Below, one piece after another: positions 1 through 11,032 of a stretch of DNA of 64,000 nt (its first letter is position 1; the number at the start of each line of letters is the position of its first letter). The stretch is from assembly GCA_963737655.1 (NCBI GenBank), contig CAVTTN010000002.1, forward strand, positions 5,280,001 to 5,344,000, given 5' to 3'. The notes beneath the pieces were generated by a model, which saw only the letters and a list, made by a program, of their open reading frames with translations, was not told the origin of the DNA and searched no databases. The stretch comes from an uncultured Planctomycetota bacterium. GTDB taxonomy: Bacteria > Planctomycetota > Planctomycetia > Isosphaerales > Isosphaeraceae. The translations under genes were made by a program, and so were the position numbers.

Positions 1-2616
1 TTCGCCTGCGACGACGCGGCGACGGCCCTGGCCGGGCTCCCTCGGTTCGCGTGCGGCGCGGGGTTCCTCTCGGTCGTCGAGAGGGTCGGCGCCTCCCGGT
101 CGCGGTTCTCGCCGTCGCCGGGCCTGTTCGACGAGAAATCGCTGATCCGGAGGCGTCTGATGCGCATCCTCGACGGCCGGAGGCCGCTCCGCGCGGGCCT
201 GTCGCTCGGCTCCCTCGCCCTGATCGCGGTCGTGGCCCTCGTCGGGCTGCCCCGGCTCAAGGCCCAGGAGGAGAAGGCGAAAGCGAAGGCCCCGGCGGCC
301 GAAGAAGTCGCCGGGCGGGCCATCGAGGTCCTCGTCCTGGCCGAGGAAGACGGCCGACCGATCGCCGGGGCGACGGTCGAGGCGACCGCCTTTCGAGGGC
401 TCCTGGAGAAGTCGGATTTCGTGACCGATGCCCAGGGCCGATGCCGGGTCGCGATCGGCGAGCCCGCCCCGAGCGGCTTCTCCCTCTCCGCGTCGGCTCC
501 GGGCCGCGTCCCCCTGTCGGTCGGCTGGAACGAGGACGGGCCGACCTCGAAGATCCCGGACTCCTCCACCTTCCGGCTGCCTCGGGGCGAGGCGATCTCG
601 GGCCGGGTCGTGGACGAGGGAGGCAAGCCGATCGCCGGGGCGAAGGTCTTTCCGTGGTTGAACGGCGGAGTCGGGCCGAAGGGAGAAGCGTTCGCCTCGG
701 GGGATCTCGCCTCGGCGACGACCGACGCCGACGGCCGATGGTCGGCGGCCCTCTTGCCCAGGGGCGTCGGGCCCGATCAGGACGTTTTGTTCCGCCTGAA
801 GCATCCGGACTTCGTCAGCGACCGCCAGGGGTATCCTTCAAGCCGATCGCGGAAGGTCCGGGCCCTCCGGGACGGCTCGGCCTCGTGGACGATGAACCGA
901 GGCAGGCCGGTCCGGGGCGTGGTGCTCGACCCGGCCGGTCGTCCCGTGGCCGGGGCCCCGGTGGCCCTGTCGTTCTCCCGGAGCGACGGCGACGAGGAGA
1001 GGACGACGACCGACGATCGCGGCGAGTTCGGCTTCGGCCACGTCGAGGGGCCTCGCCTGACCCTGAGCGTGGAGAAGGCCGGATTCGGCCCGGCGGTCCT
1101 GGCCGTCGATTCGCCGGCGGCGTCGCCCTTCACGATCCGCCTGGAACCCGGGACGCCCTTGACCGGCCGGGTCGTGGACCATGCGGGCGAGCCGGTGGCC
1201 GAGGCCCTGGTGAAACTCGATGACTTCGCCGGCAGCCGGGCCTGGCGGTGGACAACGCGCACCGGCCCCGACGGCCGGTTCCGGTGGAACGACGGACCGG
1301 CTCGGGGCGCCGTCTACTTCAATGTGTCGAAGCCCCCGAGCTCGGCCCTCGGCCGGATGTTCGCCGCCGGATCTCACGATGGGACCGTGGTCCTCGGCCC
1401 GATCCAGAGGCTTCTGGGCACGGTCGTCGATGACGAGACGGGCAAGCCGATCGAGACGTTCCAGTTGATCCCCGGATGGGGGGCCGGCGACGGCGTCTCC
1501 TGGCGGCGGGACGGCAGCATGAAGACGTTGAAGGGCGGCAAGTTCGACCTCACCGGCCTGTTCCCCGACCAGGACATGGTTCGCTCTCTGCGGATCGAGG
1601 CCGACGGCTACCTGCCGGGGACTTCCGAACCGTTCAAGGACAACGAGGCGGAGGTCGAGTTCGCCTTCCGCCTGAAGCGAGGCGCCTCGCTCGGAGGGAC
1701 CGTCCGGGACCGCGAGGGGAGGCCGGTCCCGGGCGTGAAGATCGCCGTGACCGAGAGGTTCCGCGAGCTGGAGTTCAGCAACGGCCAGCTCGGCGACTTC
1801 GTCCAGGCCACGAAGCCGTTCGCGAAGACCGGGCCCGACGGCCATTACGAGTTCCGCCCCCAGGACCAGGCGTATGGCCTCTTCGCGTATCACGAAACGG
1901 GCTATGCCCGGAGGTCGGCCGAGGAGCGGGTGAAGTCCGGCGACCTCACCTTGGAGCCGTGGGGGCGCATCGAAGGGCGGGCGATCGTCCAGGGCCAGCC
2001 GCTGGCGGACACGCCGATCCGGCTCACCCTGGACGCCACCGACGAACACTCGATGTTTTATGATTATTATGAATACGATGCAAAAACCGACGCCGAGGGC
2101 AAGTTCGTGGTGGAGCACGTCCCGGAGGGGGTGGCCCACGCCTCGACCGGCACGAGGTTCGGCAAGGACGCCGGGCCGTTCGGCGTGGTGTCGTCGCCCC
2201 GGCGGATGATCGCGGCCGGGCAGACGCTCGAACTGGACATCGGCGGCGAGGGGGAGGCGGTCGTCGGCACGCTCTCGGTGCCGGACCTCGTGCCGATCAG
2301 CACGGTCCGCGGCCGGTTGGTGCTCAAGGGCCCGCCGATGCCCGCGCGAGTCGAGGTCAAGGGCGACCGCGACGCCGCCTTCCTGGCCCACTTCAACGCC
2401 TATCGATCTCCGGAAGGGCGCGAATCGCGGCTGGCCGAGCGGTATTACGGGCTGAAGGTCGAGAAGACGGGGAAATTCCGGGCCGTGGAAGTCGTCCCCG
2501 GGACGTACACGCTCTCGTTCTGGGTCGGCGAGGACTTCCAGAAACCCGCCCTGACCCGGGAGATCACCGTGGGCAAGACGCGTTTGGACCTGGGGACGAT
2601 CGCCTTCCCGAAGTGA
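1..2616 (+). CDS. M56/BlaR1-type membrane protein with repeated carboxypeptidase-regulatory-like domains (5' partial)
   Basis: Frame 1 is open from base 1 (FACDDAATAL...LIRRRLMRILD), the typical end of an M56 domain. It is followed by a hydrophobic helix and several G.V.D..G.P..GA / TD..G.F repeats. The track start at 160 is internal. Confidence 0.8.
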   Translation, partial: FACDDAATALAGLPRFACGAGFLSVVERVGASRSRFSPSPGLFDEKSLIRRRLMRILDGRRPLRAGLSLGSLALIAVVALVGLPRLKAQEEKAKAKAPAAEEVAGRAIEVLVLAEEDGRPIAGATVEATAFRGLLEKSDFVTDAQGRCRVAIGEPAPSGFSLSASAPGRVPLSVGWNEDGPTSKIPDSSTFRLPRGEAISGRVVDEGGKPIAGAKVFPWLNGGVGPKGEAFASGDLASATTDADGRWSAALLPRGVGPDQDVLFRLKHPDFVSDRQGYPSSRSRKVRALRDGSASWTMNRGRPVRGVVLDPAGRPVAGAPVALSFSRSDGDEERTTTDDRGEFGFGHVEGPRLTLSVEKAGFGPAVLAVDSPAASPFTIRLEPGTPLTGRVVDHAGEPVAEALVKLDDFAGSRAWRWTTRTGPDGRFRWNDGPARGAVYFNVSKPPSSALGRMFAAGSHDGTVVLGPIQRLLGTVVDDETGKPIETFQLIPGWGAGDGVSWRRDGSMKTLKGGKFDLTGLFPDQDMVRSLRIEADGYLPGTSEPFKDNEAEVEFAFRLKRGASLGGTVRDREGRPVPGVKIAVTERFRELEFSNGQLGDFVQATKPFAKTGPDGHYEFRPQDQAYGLFAYHETGYARRSAEERVKSGDLTLEPWGRIEGRAIVQGQPLADTPIRLTLDATDEHSMFYDYYEYDAKTDAEGKFVVEHVPEGVAHASTGTRFGKDAGPFGVVSSPRRMIAAGQTLELDIGGEGEAVVGTLSVPDLVPISTVRGRLVLKGPPMPARVEVKGDRDAAFLAHFNAYRSPEGRESRLAERYYGLKVEKTGKFRAVEVVPGTYTLSFWVGEDFQKPALTREITVGKTRLDLGTIAFPK

Positions 2617-2649
2617 GCGAATTCGAGGGAGGTTGAACCGCCAATTCGA

Positions 2650-2871
2650 GGGGGATTGAACCGCCAAGACGCCAAGATCGCCAAGGTGAATAAGAGGAGA
2701 AGAAGAGGAGAGGAGAGGAGAAGACAAGAAGAGGAGAAGAAGAGATTTCAAAACTCTTCTCTGATTACTTTCTCTTTTTATTAACTTGTCTTTTCTTATT
2801 AACTTGTCTTCTCTTTTTCCTCTCGTTTTGTCCTCCTTGGCGATCTTGGCGTCTTGGCGGTTCAATCCCCC
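2650..2871. repeat. ~220 bp intergenic element with perfect 37-bp terminal inverted repeats (MITE/REP-like)
   Basis: GGGGGATTGAACCGCCAAGACGCCAAGATCGCCAAGG (2650-2686) is the exact reverse complement of 2835-2871. The interior is AT-rich, purine-rich then pyrimidine-rich. It lies between convergent genes. Confidence 0.9.
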
Positions 2872-2996
2872 CGGATTTCAGGCGTGGGCCGAGGCGGCGC
2901 CGATCTTGAACGGATTTTCGCAGGCCCGACTGAAGTCGGACCTACTCGTATGCTCATTCTCACCGAGGTTTTCTGCAGGGCACCGAAGGGTGCGTT

Positions 2997-3449
2997 TCAG
3001 GCCCCGGAGAGCGGGATCTCGTGATACGCCAGCGCCCATTCCTTCATGAAGCGGACTTGGTGGGGATCGACCCGGTAGACGATCAGGTCGGGGTTGTCGA
3101 TCGACCCGAGGTACTGGCGGAGCAAGGGGTTGGCGTCCCAGATCTCCTGGAGGACGGCTCGATCCGAGACGAGGGCGGCGGTCCCGGTGATCCTCACCTG
3201 GTCGTGGTGGTCGTCGAGATAGACGAGCTCGACCCGGGGATTGGCGGCGATCTCGGCGGTCTTGTGATAGGCCCGCAAGTTGGCGATGAAGACGGTGAAC
3301 CCCTCGGTCTTCACCGGGGAGACCGGGCGGACCCGGGGCTGGTCGCCGTCGATCGTGGCGAGGTGGGGGAAGCGGTCGGCCTGGACGACGGCCAGGGCGA
3401 GCTCGCGGAGCCGTCCGGGTTCGATCGGTTCGGGCAATGGCTTGCTCAT
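2997..3449 (-). CDS. pyridoxamine 5'-phosphate oxidase-like FMN-binding protein
   Basis: 150 aa from the ATG at 3449; LATIDGDQPRVRPV, K..EIAANPRVEL and QVRITGTA split-barrel motifs. Confidence 0.85.
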   Translation of the reverse strand: MSKPLPEPIEPGRLRELALAVVQADRFPHLATIDGDQPRVRPVSPVKTEGFTVFIANLRAYHKTAEIAANPRVELVYLDDHHDQVRITGTAALVSDRAVLQEIWDANPLLRQYLGSIDNPDLIVYRVDPHQVRFMKEWALAYHEIPLSGA

Positions 3450-3711
3450 CGGCGGAGGCCCTTCGAGACCGGGTTTCGGGGGGACGTGCCGGCCCCGAGG
3501 ATAGGGTGTAGCTCCCGAATCTGGAGCTTTTTTTCGGGTGCCTCCGGTTCGAGAACCGGGGGCACCCCAGGAGTTCCAGATTCCAGAGCGATACCCCCGA
3601 GGATACCGGATCGGGCGTCGTCGATCATTGATCGGGCCTCCGGGCGTGGTCATGATGGAGGGCCTGGAGAGAGAGACCGCGCGAGGGCGTCCCTTTTGGG
3701 GAGACACCGGG

Positions 3712-6700
3712 ATGAGACGGAGCTTCCTCGGCTGGGCGGCGGTGGCGTCGGCCCTCCTCGCGACCGGCCCGGCCCGAGGGGAGCGGACGGTGTGGGTCGT
3801 GGCCATCGGCGTGGAGGCGCACGACGACCCGGCGTTGGGCGCGAACCCGGGGGCCCGGGCCTCGGCCGAGGCGGTGGCGACGTGGTTCCGGGGGATGGGG
3901 GCGTCGGCCCGGGTGGCGTTGCTGACCGATTCGGCGCCCAAATCCTCGGACAACGCCGACCGCCGGGCCCGGATCGAGCGAGGGGCGCCGCTCCGGGCCG
4001 ATTCCGAGACGATCCGCTGGGCCCTGGGCCGGTGGATCGCCTTCCGGTCGTCCGAGGAGGCGAGCGTGGTCATCTATTTCGCCGGCAAGACGGCCCGGGC
4101 CGGCGGGGAGGCGTTTCGCCAGCAGCTGGTGCCCGTCGATGGCGAGGCGAAGGCGCCGGAGAGGCGCGGGGTGGCCCTGGAGCGGGACTATTTCGCCGCG
4201 AACCTGTCGGCCCGGTCGCGGAGGCCCACGCTCCTGCTCCTGGACACCGCCCCGGCCCCTTCGGAGAAGAGGACGGTGGTCGCGGCCGACGACCCGGGCG
4301 AACGATGGCTCGTCCGGCTGGCGCCGGCCGGTCAGAACGCCTCGGCGTGGCTGGCGGCGGAGTCGGCCCCGCCGGACCTCTCCGCCAGGGCCGGGCGGTC
4401 GGCCCTGGCCTCGGCGTTCGTCGCGGCGATGGGCGACCCGAAGGCCCCCCGGGCCTTGCCCGAGGCGCTGGGGAGGCTCCGTCGCGACCCGGGATTGGCC
4501 CGCCAGGGGTTCCGCACGGTCGGCGTGGTCCCGCCGTCGTGGTCGCTCGGGCCGGAGCCGGGGCCGAGGGTCGAGCCGGCCCCGGCCGAGCTGCTGATCA
4601 AGCGGGGGCATAGCGACGTGGTCACGGCCGCCTTCTTCTCGGCCGACACCGACCGGCTCTTCACCGCCGGCAAGGACGCCACGATCCGCGTCTGGCTCCG
4701 CGACGACGCGACGGCCCGGGCGTTGAGCGATCCGGCCCGGCGGCTGGAGCCTCCGCCGTTGCTCAACGTCCTGACGCACAACGAGAACGAGATCCGCGGC
4801 GTGGCGATGAGCCCGGACGAGCGATGGGTCGTCAGCGGCGACAACCTCGGGGGGGTCTGGGCGTGGGACGCCCTCCGGCGGTCGGCGTTCCGGCTGAACG
4901 AGCCCGGGCCCGGCCCGGCCGGTCGTGGCCGTGGGGTTCCTGCCGGGATCGGGCCGCCTGGCGGCCGTGATGGAGGAGCGGCTCTGGATCTGGGACGCGA
5001 TCGGCCCGGATTCGCGGCCCCGGGCCATCACCCCTCCGCGATCGACGTCCAGGGCCGCATTCGCGACGGCCGAGGGCGGGGCGGCGGCGGCGGCCTCGGG
5101 CTTCGACGGCCGAATCCGGGTCTTCGACGCCTCGGGCCGCGAGGTCCTGGTGCTCTCGCCGTTCGAGGGGCCGGAGGCGGCCGAGGGGGTCGCGACCCGG
5201 GGGCCGGCGATCTCGGCCGACGGCTCGACGGTGGCCGCCGGGACGTCGTCCGGCGCGCTCTGGGCCTGGAGGCTCGCGGAGGCCGGGGGCTCGTGGAAGG
5301 CGGGCGAGCCGGTCCGCCGGGAGACGCTCGGGGACGTGAAGGAGGTGGCCGTCTCGGCCGAGGGCGGGACCGTGGCGGCGGCCTCCGGCAACCGGGTCCA
5401 CCTGGTCCCGACCGCTCCGGGCCAGGCCGATCGCGCGGTGGCCTTGACCGGGGCGACCGCGCCGATGGCCTTCTCGCCCGACGGCCGATGGCTCGTGGCG
5501 ACCGGAGAGCGAGGCGGCTCGGGGGCGTGGGGGGGGACGGTCCTGTGGAGGCTCGATCCCCGGGCCCTCCCCCTGATCTGGCCGCTCCGCAACCCCGAGG
5601 CGGACCGGCCCGGGGGGGTGGCGGCGCCCCCGGTGACCTCGGCCCTGGCGTTCTCGCCCGACGGCCGGGCCCTGGTCCTGGCCGACACCTCGGGAGAGGT
5701 GCGGGCCTGGGACCTCCCCTCGGGCGAACGCCGGGCGACGATCCCGGCCGGGGCGGGCAAGGTCGGCCAGATCGCCGCGGCGCCCGAGGGCTCGCTCCTC
5801 CTGCAGATCACCGCCCTGCCCGACGGCATCGCCCGGGCCTGGGACCTCCGCGTCAACGCCCAGGGGATCGAGAACGTGGCCGCGCCCCTGCCGGCCGTCG
5901 AGGGCGCGCGGTGGGACGCCGGCGCCGTCCTCCCCGGAGATCGCGGGATCGTCCTGACCTGCTCCGAGGACCTCCACAAGGTCCACGTCGTCGATCCGGT
6001 CTCCGGCCGGAAGAAGGCGGACCTGGAATGGCCCAGGGACTCGCAGACCGGCGCCTTCCTGCCCCGGTCCTTCACCACGATCGCCGCCACGGCCGACGGC
6101 CATTACGCGGCCGGGGGCAGCGCCCAGGAGCTCAGCGGCCCGGCCTGCGTGTGGGACCTGGAGAAAGGGACGTTGCTGTTCACCTATCGGGACGAGAAGT
6201 ACGGCGTGAAGGTCGTGGCGTTCCCGCCCGAGGGCAACGCCGTCCTGGCGGGGATGACCGACGGCTCGGCCCGCCTTTTGAGCCTGGAGCCCGAGCCCCG
6301 GGTGCTCAAGGCCTATGACACCGGCGACGGCTCGGAGGTCACGGCCCTGGCGATCCACCCGAAGGACGGCCGGATCGTGGCCGTGGGGAGCCGGTTCGGG
6401 CGGGTCGCGGTGTTCGGCCCGGGGGACGGCCCTCCTCGCGAATTCCTGGCCCGAGGAGCGCGGATCAGCCCGGTCACGGCCCTGGCCTTCACGCCCGACG
6501 GCACCCACCTGGCCGCCTCCCGGGAGAACGAGAAGGCCCCGTGGCTCTGGACGACCGACGACCCGGCCCGCCCGATCCGCCTGGTCGGCCATACCGAGAG
6601 GGTCGCCTCGCTCCTGGCCTGGCCCGGGTCGCGCGTCCTGTTCGAGCGCCGGGGACGACGGGACCATCCGGGCCTGGTCGGTCCGGGACGGCTCGGCCCT

Positions 6701-8087
6701 GGGGACGCTCACGACCCTGGCCGACTCGACCGAGTGGGTCGCCTTCACCCCGGACGGGCTCTTCGACGGCTCGCCCGTCGGCTGGAGGCGGGTGGCGTGG
6801 CGGATGCCGGGGTTCCTGGAAGTCCGCCCGGTGGGCCTGTTCTTCAACGACTTCCGCGCCTCCGGGCTGGTCCGACGCATCCTCAAGGCGGACCGGCCGA
6901 GCCCCAAGGGGCTGACGATCGGCCAACGCCCCGCGCCCAGGGTCACCTTGACCGGCCCCGAGTCCTCGACCCTGGAGAAGCCCGAGGCCGTCCTGAAGGT
7001 CTCGCTGAGGGACGAGGGCGGCGGGATCGGCCGGCTGACCGCCTCGAGGACCGGGCCCGACGGCGTCCTCACGCCGATCCGGCCGGGCGGCCCGGGCGCC
7101 TCGGGCGTGGGCGGGTCGAGGGAGCTGGAAATGATCATCGCCCTGTTCCCGGGGGAGAACCGGATCGAGGTCCGCGCCGGCAATGAGGACGACTCGGAGC
7201 AATCCGCCCCGCAGACCCTGGTGCTGACCTACGCCCCGCCGAAGCCCGTGGCGGTCGCCCCCCGGCTCCACGTCCTGGCCGTCGGGGTCAGCCGCTACCG
7301 GGTGGACGGGATCTCCCTGAAATACCCGGCCGGCGACGCCCTGGCGATCGCCGAGCTGTTCCGCGCCCGCAGCCCGGCCGTCTTCGGCCGGGGCCACGTG
7401 ACGGTCGCCCCGGTCCTGACCGACGAGAAGGCCACCAAGGCGGCGATCCTCGACGCCCTCCGCGGCCTCGTGGCGACGACCCGGCCCGAGGACACGGTGG
7501 TCCTCTACCTCGCCGGTCATGGCGTGGTCAGCCCGGACCGAGACGGCCGCGACGCCTATTATTTCTGCCCCCACGACGTCGATCCGGCCGACGGGCCGGG
7601 CCTGACGATCTCGGCGATCTCGACCGACGAGCTGGCCCGGGCCCTGTGCGAGTCCCCGTCCGGGCGGACCGCCTCGCGACGGGTGCTGATCCTGGACACC
7701 TGCGGGGCCGGACAGGTCCTGGCCGACCTGCCCGCGAAGCTGATCGGCATCCTCGACGCCTCGGCCCGGGACCGAGGGCAGATGATGATCGCGGCGAGTT
7801 CGGCGCGAGGCAAGGCCGACGAGTCGGAGAAGCTCCGCCACGGCATCCTGACCTATACCCTGCTGGCCGCCCTCGGCGCCGTGCCCCGGGCCCCCGAGAT
7901 CCTCCCCGCCACCATCGAGAACGCCCCCGGAGACCTCATCGACGCCAGGATCTGGTTCCACTTCGCCAGCGACTGGGCCCGGGACGTCGGAGAGAAGGTC
8001 CGGGTGGACGAGCCGCCGTCGGTCCAGGTCTCCTCGCCCGTCCCGCAGATCAACCTGTTCCGCATCGATCGCCCGGGGGGCCGGTGA
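3712..8087 (+). CDS. exported pseudo-caspase / WD40 / caspase (peptidase C14) protein; two apparent frameshifts (~4911, ~6644)
   Basis: Joined from ORFs 3538, 4925 and 6315. Signal peptide MRRSFLGWAAVASALLATGPARG; degenerate C14-like N-domain (VVAIGV, IYFAGK, LLLDTA); many GH...AFSPDG...WD repeats; C-terminal C14 domain with VLYLAGHG and LILDTCGAG. Confidence 0.8.
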
Positions 8088-8126
8088 CCGGGCGGACCCT
8101 CGGGGAATCGGCACCGATCCTCGCGT

Positions 8127-10608
8127 CTACCGCCCCCGGGCCCGGCGATCGGGGCATTCCAGGACGATGCGGAACCCCAGGTCATTGGGGAGGGTCCCGT
8201 CGTCGGGGACGACCTGGGCGGGCGTCATCGGGTCGCCCTGGGCGGGTTCGGTGCGGAAGGAGCCTCCCCGGACGAGGAACGAGCCGGACTGGCCCTCGGC
8301 GGCGTCCCGGCACCATTCTCGGGCGTTGCCGGCGAGGCTCAAGACGCCCTGTTCGGTCACGTCCCCCGAGAAGGGGTGCTGGACCGGGAACAGGGGGATC
8401 GGGAGGTTGGCGATCCCGGGAGGGGCGATCCCTCGGAGGTTCGCCCAGGGGTCGCCGGGGGCCGGCCTCCGGCCCTGGGGCATCCAGGCGAAGACGTGAA
8501 CCAGCGGCTTGCCCCCGGACCGGGCCGCGTATTCCCACTGGAGGCTCGTCGGCATCCGGCCGAAGTGGGAGCGGGCGAACGCCCGGGCCATCGCGTGGCT
8601 GACGGCCACGGCCGGATACGCCTCCGCCTGGGCCGGCGGTTGGCCGTCGAAGGCGAAGAAATTCTCCAGGCCGGACATCGCATCGGACCACCGGAGAGGA
8701 TCGCCGGGGGGCTGGCCCACCTGGAGGAACCGGCGGAACTCGCCGTTGGTCACCTCGGTGGCCTGGAGGTAGAACGGCGGGACGACGACCGCCTTGTTGC
8801 TCCCCCCGGCGCGAACTCGCCTCGGGGGAGCCGGACGAACGGCGTGCCGTCGGACTGCCGGACGATCCTCCGGGGCCAGCCGTCCTCGTCCAGGTCCGAG
8901 CCCTCGGCCCGGGCGTACCCTTCGGGGAGATACACGTTGTCCGTCGAGAGCAGGAACTTGACCCCGTCCTCCTCGCGGATCACGGCCCCGGGCCACGGGG
9001 TATCGATCCCGTCCGGCGCCAGGGGGACGCAGCCCAGCGACTTCCACGAGGCCAGCGGCGGAGTCGGAGTCGGCGGCGGAGTCGGTGTCGGTGTCGGTGT
9101 CGGTGTTGGGGTCGGTGTTGGGGTCGGCGGAGTCGGCCTCGTTCGGTCCGCGACCGGGAACAGGAATGCCCGGATCGGCCCCCGGGCCGCGAAGCCCGAC
9201 GCCCCCAGGCCGACCAGGACGACCGCCGCGACCAACCACCGCAAGCCCGCCCCGGACCCCGGCCCCGGCTCCCGCTCCGGTCGAGGCGCGACCGGGTGAT
9301 CCGGGAACCGGCCGATCGGCGGCGGCGGGGCCTCGGCGGCGACGGGGATCGGCATCGGCATCGGCATCGGAGTCGGAGTCGGGGTCGGCGGATGGGAGAG
9401 GACCTCGCCCGACTCCTCCATCGAGGGCAGGGATTGCGGCGCGAGGTGAGGAAGCCGAGTGGGAGGCGAGGCCAGGCCGTCGCGGTTCATCGGCGGGGCC
9501 GTCGAGGCCAGGCCCAGGGCCTGGAGGAACTCGTCGGCGAGCTCGCGGGCCGACTGCGGGCGGTCGGCCGGGTTCTTGGCCAGGCACCTCATCACCAGCC
9601 TCTCGACGGCCCCGGGGACCCGGACCTCCGGGTTGGCCGCGCCGAATGGCGGGGGGGCCTTGGACAGGTGGTCGTTCAGGACCATCTGCGGAGTCCCCCG
9701 GAACGGCCGATAGCCGGTGAGCATCTCGTAGATCAGGACGCCCACGGAGTACAGGTCGCTCCGGCCGTCGAGCTCTCGGCGCCCCGGCACTGCTCGGGGC
9801 TGGAGTAATACGTCGTGCCGAGGAAGCAGCCGGGCAGGGTGCGGAGGCCGTCGTCCAGGGAGTCGTCCTGGCGGATCTTGGCGATCCCGAAGTCCAGGAC
9901 CTTGAGGTTCCGGCCCGGCGGCCGGCCGTCGACGAGCATCAGGTTCGACGGCTTGAGGTCGCGGTGGACCACCTCCAAAACGTGGGCGACCTGGAGGACG
10001 TCGCACAGGGGCTCGACGACGTGGGAGACCCATTCCAGGTCCATCGGCCGGCCGGGCCGGAGCAGGGCGTTGAGGCTCTTGCCGCGGATGTACTCCATCT
10101 CGATGAAGGCCGAATCCTTGGCGAGCCGGGCGTCGTGGACGGCCACGGCGTTGGGGTGATCCAGCCGGGCCATCACCCGGGCCTCGCGGAGGAACCGGGC
10201 CCGGACCTGGGGATCGGTGGCGATCGCCGGGCTGATCAGCTTCAGGGCGCGCTCGGCGTCGAGCTCGGCGTGGCGGACCAGCCACACCGACCCCATCCCG
10301 CCGGAGCCCAGCTGGCGCTCGACCCGGTATCGGCCGAAGAGCACCTGCCCGGGCTCGGGCTCGTCGCCCACGGACATCGACGCCAGGAGCTCCGACGACC
10401 CGACCACCGCCGGGCCGCCGGTCCCGGGCGGAGGCGGCGGGAGCAACGGGGGCGGCGTCGCCTCGTCCCGGCCCCGGGGCCGCGTCTCGGGCGACCAGCC
10501 CGGCGCCACGCCCCACGAGCTGGGCGCGCCCGGATCGTCGGACGCGGCGAACTGCGACCGCGTCTTCGGATCGACCGGATCGGGCTGTCCCGCCTGGGGT
10601 TGCGACAT
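8127..10608 (-). CDS. membrane Ser/Thr protein kinase with C-terminal FGE-sulfatase (SUMF1-like) domain; two apparent frameshifts (~9775, ~8805)
   Basis: GSGGMGSVW, ALK, HRDLKPSN, DFG, SPEQ and SDLYSVG kinase motifs; TM helix WLVAAVVLVGLGASGFAA; Pro-Thr linker; TEVTNGEF, PTSLQWEYAAR, GNAREWC, RGGSF and LGFRIV FGE-fold motifs. Confidence 0.88.
9059..9137. repeat. hexamer tandem repeat encoding a Pro-Thr linker in the kinase
   Basis: GGAGTC/GGTGTC/GGGGTC units read on the minus strand as PTPPTPTPTPTPTPTPTPTPPPTPTP. Confidence 0.8.
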
Positions 10609-10872
10609 CCGCCACGCTCCCAACCGAGGGCCGCGACGCGCCCCGGACCACCGGACCTCTCGCGGGCCTCCTTCCAGATATACGCGATCTCCGCCGCCCA
10701 TTCCAAGCTTTCCGCCGTCACGCCCGACGGTTTTCCCCGTCCCCTCCCCTCCGGCCTCGGGCCGCCGGCCCCGGCTCCCCCCCGATGCGTTCGATAGTTC
10801 GAAATATCTCCGAAATAACACCGGTCCCTTGACAGCCCCCGCGGCCCCACTGATGATCCCCTTCCAATCCGC

Positions 10873-10920
10873 GCGTGTCACTTCTTTTTCGTTTGACACG
10901 CCACGGGTGCCTTGTACATT
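10873..10920 (+). promoter_or_regulatory. candidate sigma70-type promoter of the giant-protein gene, overlapped by an inverted repeat
   Basis: TTGACA (10893-10898) - 16 nt - TACATT (10915-10920); GCGTGTCA-N13-TGACACGC (10873-10901) overlaps the -35. Confidence 0.5.
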
Positions 10921-11032
10921 GGACTTCGGTCGATCTCCCAGTTCCCCCATTTCCCCGTTGCATCAATTATCTACCCATCCCCCCTAATCGATATTCATGC
11001 CCGATGTGGGGGATTTTTCCGGAGCCCAACCG

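Noticed and set aside
838..2865. 675-aa minus-strand ORF beginning MNRQDAKIAK
   Set aside because: It starts inside the inverted-repeat element and runs antisense to the M56 gene; a shadow ORF.
8127..8820. FGE domain as a diversity-generating retroelement target
   Set aside because: No reverse transcriptase and no second template-like copy of its 3' end were seen in the window.
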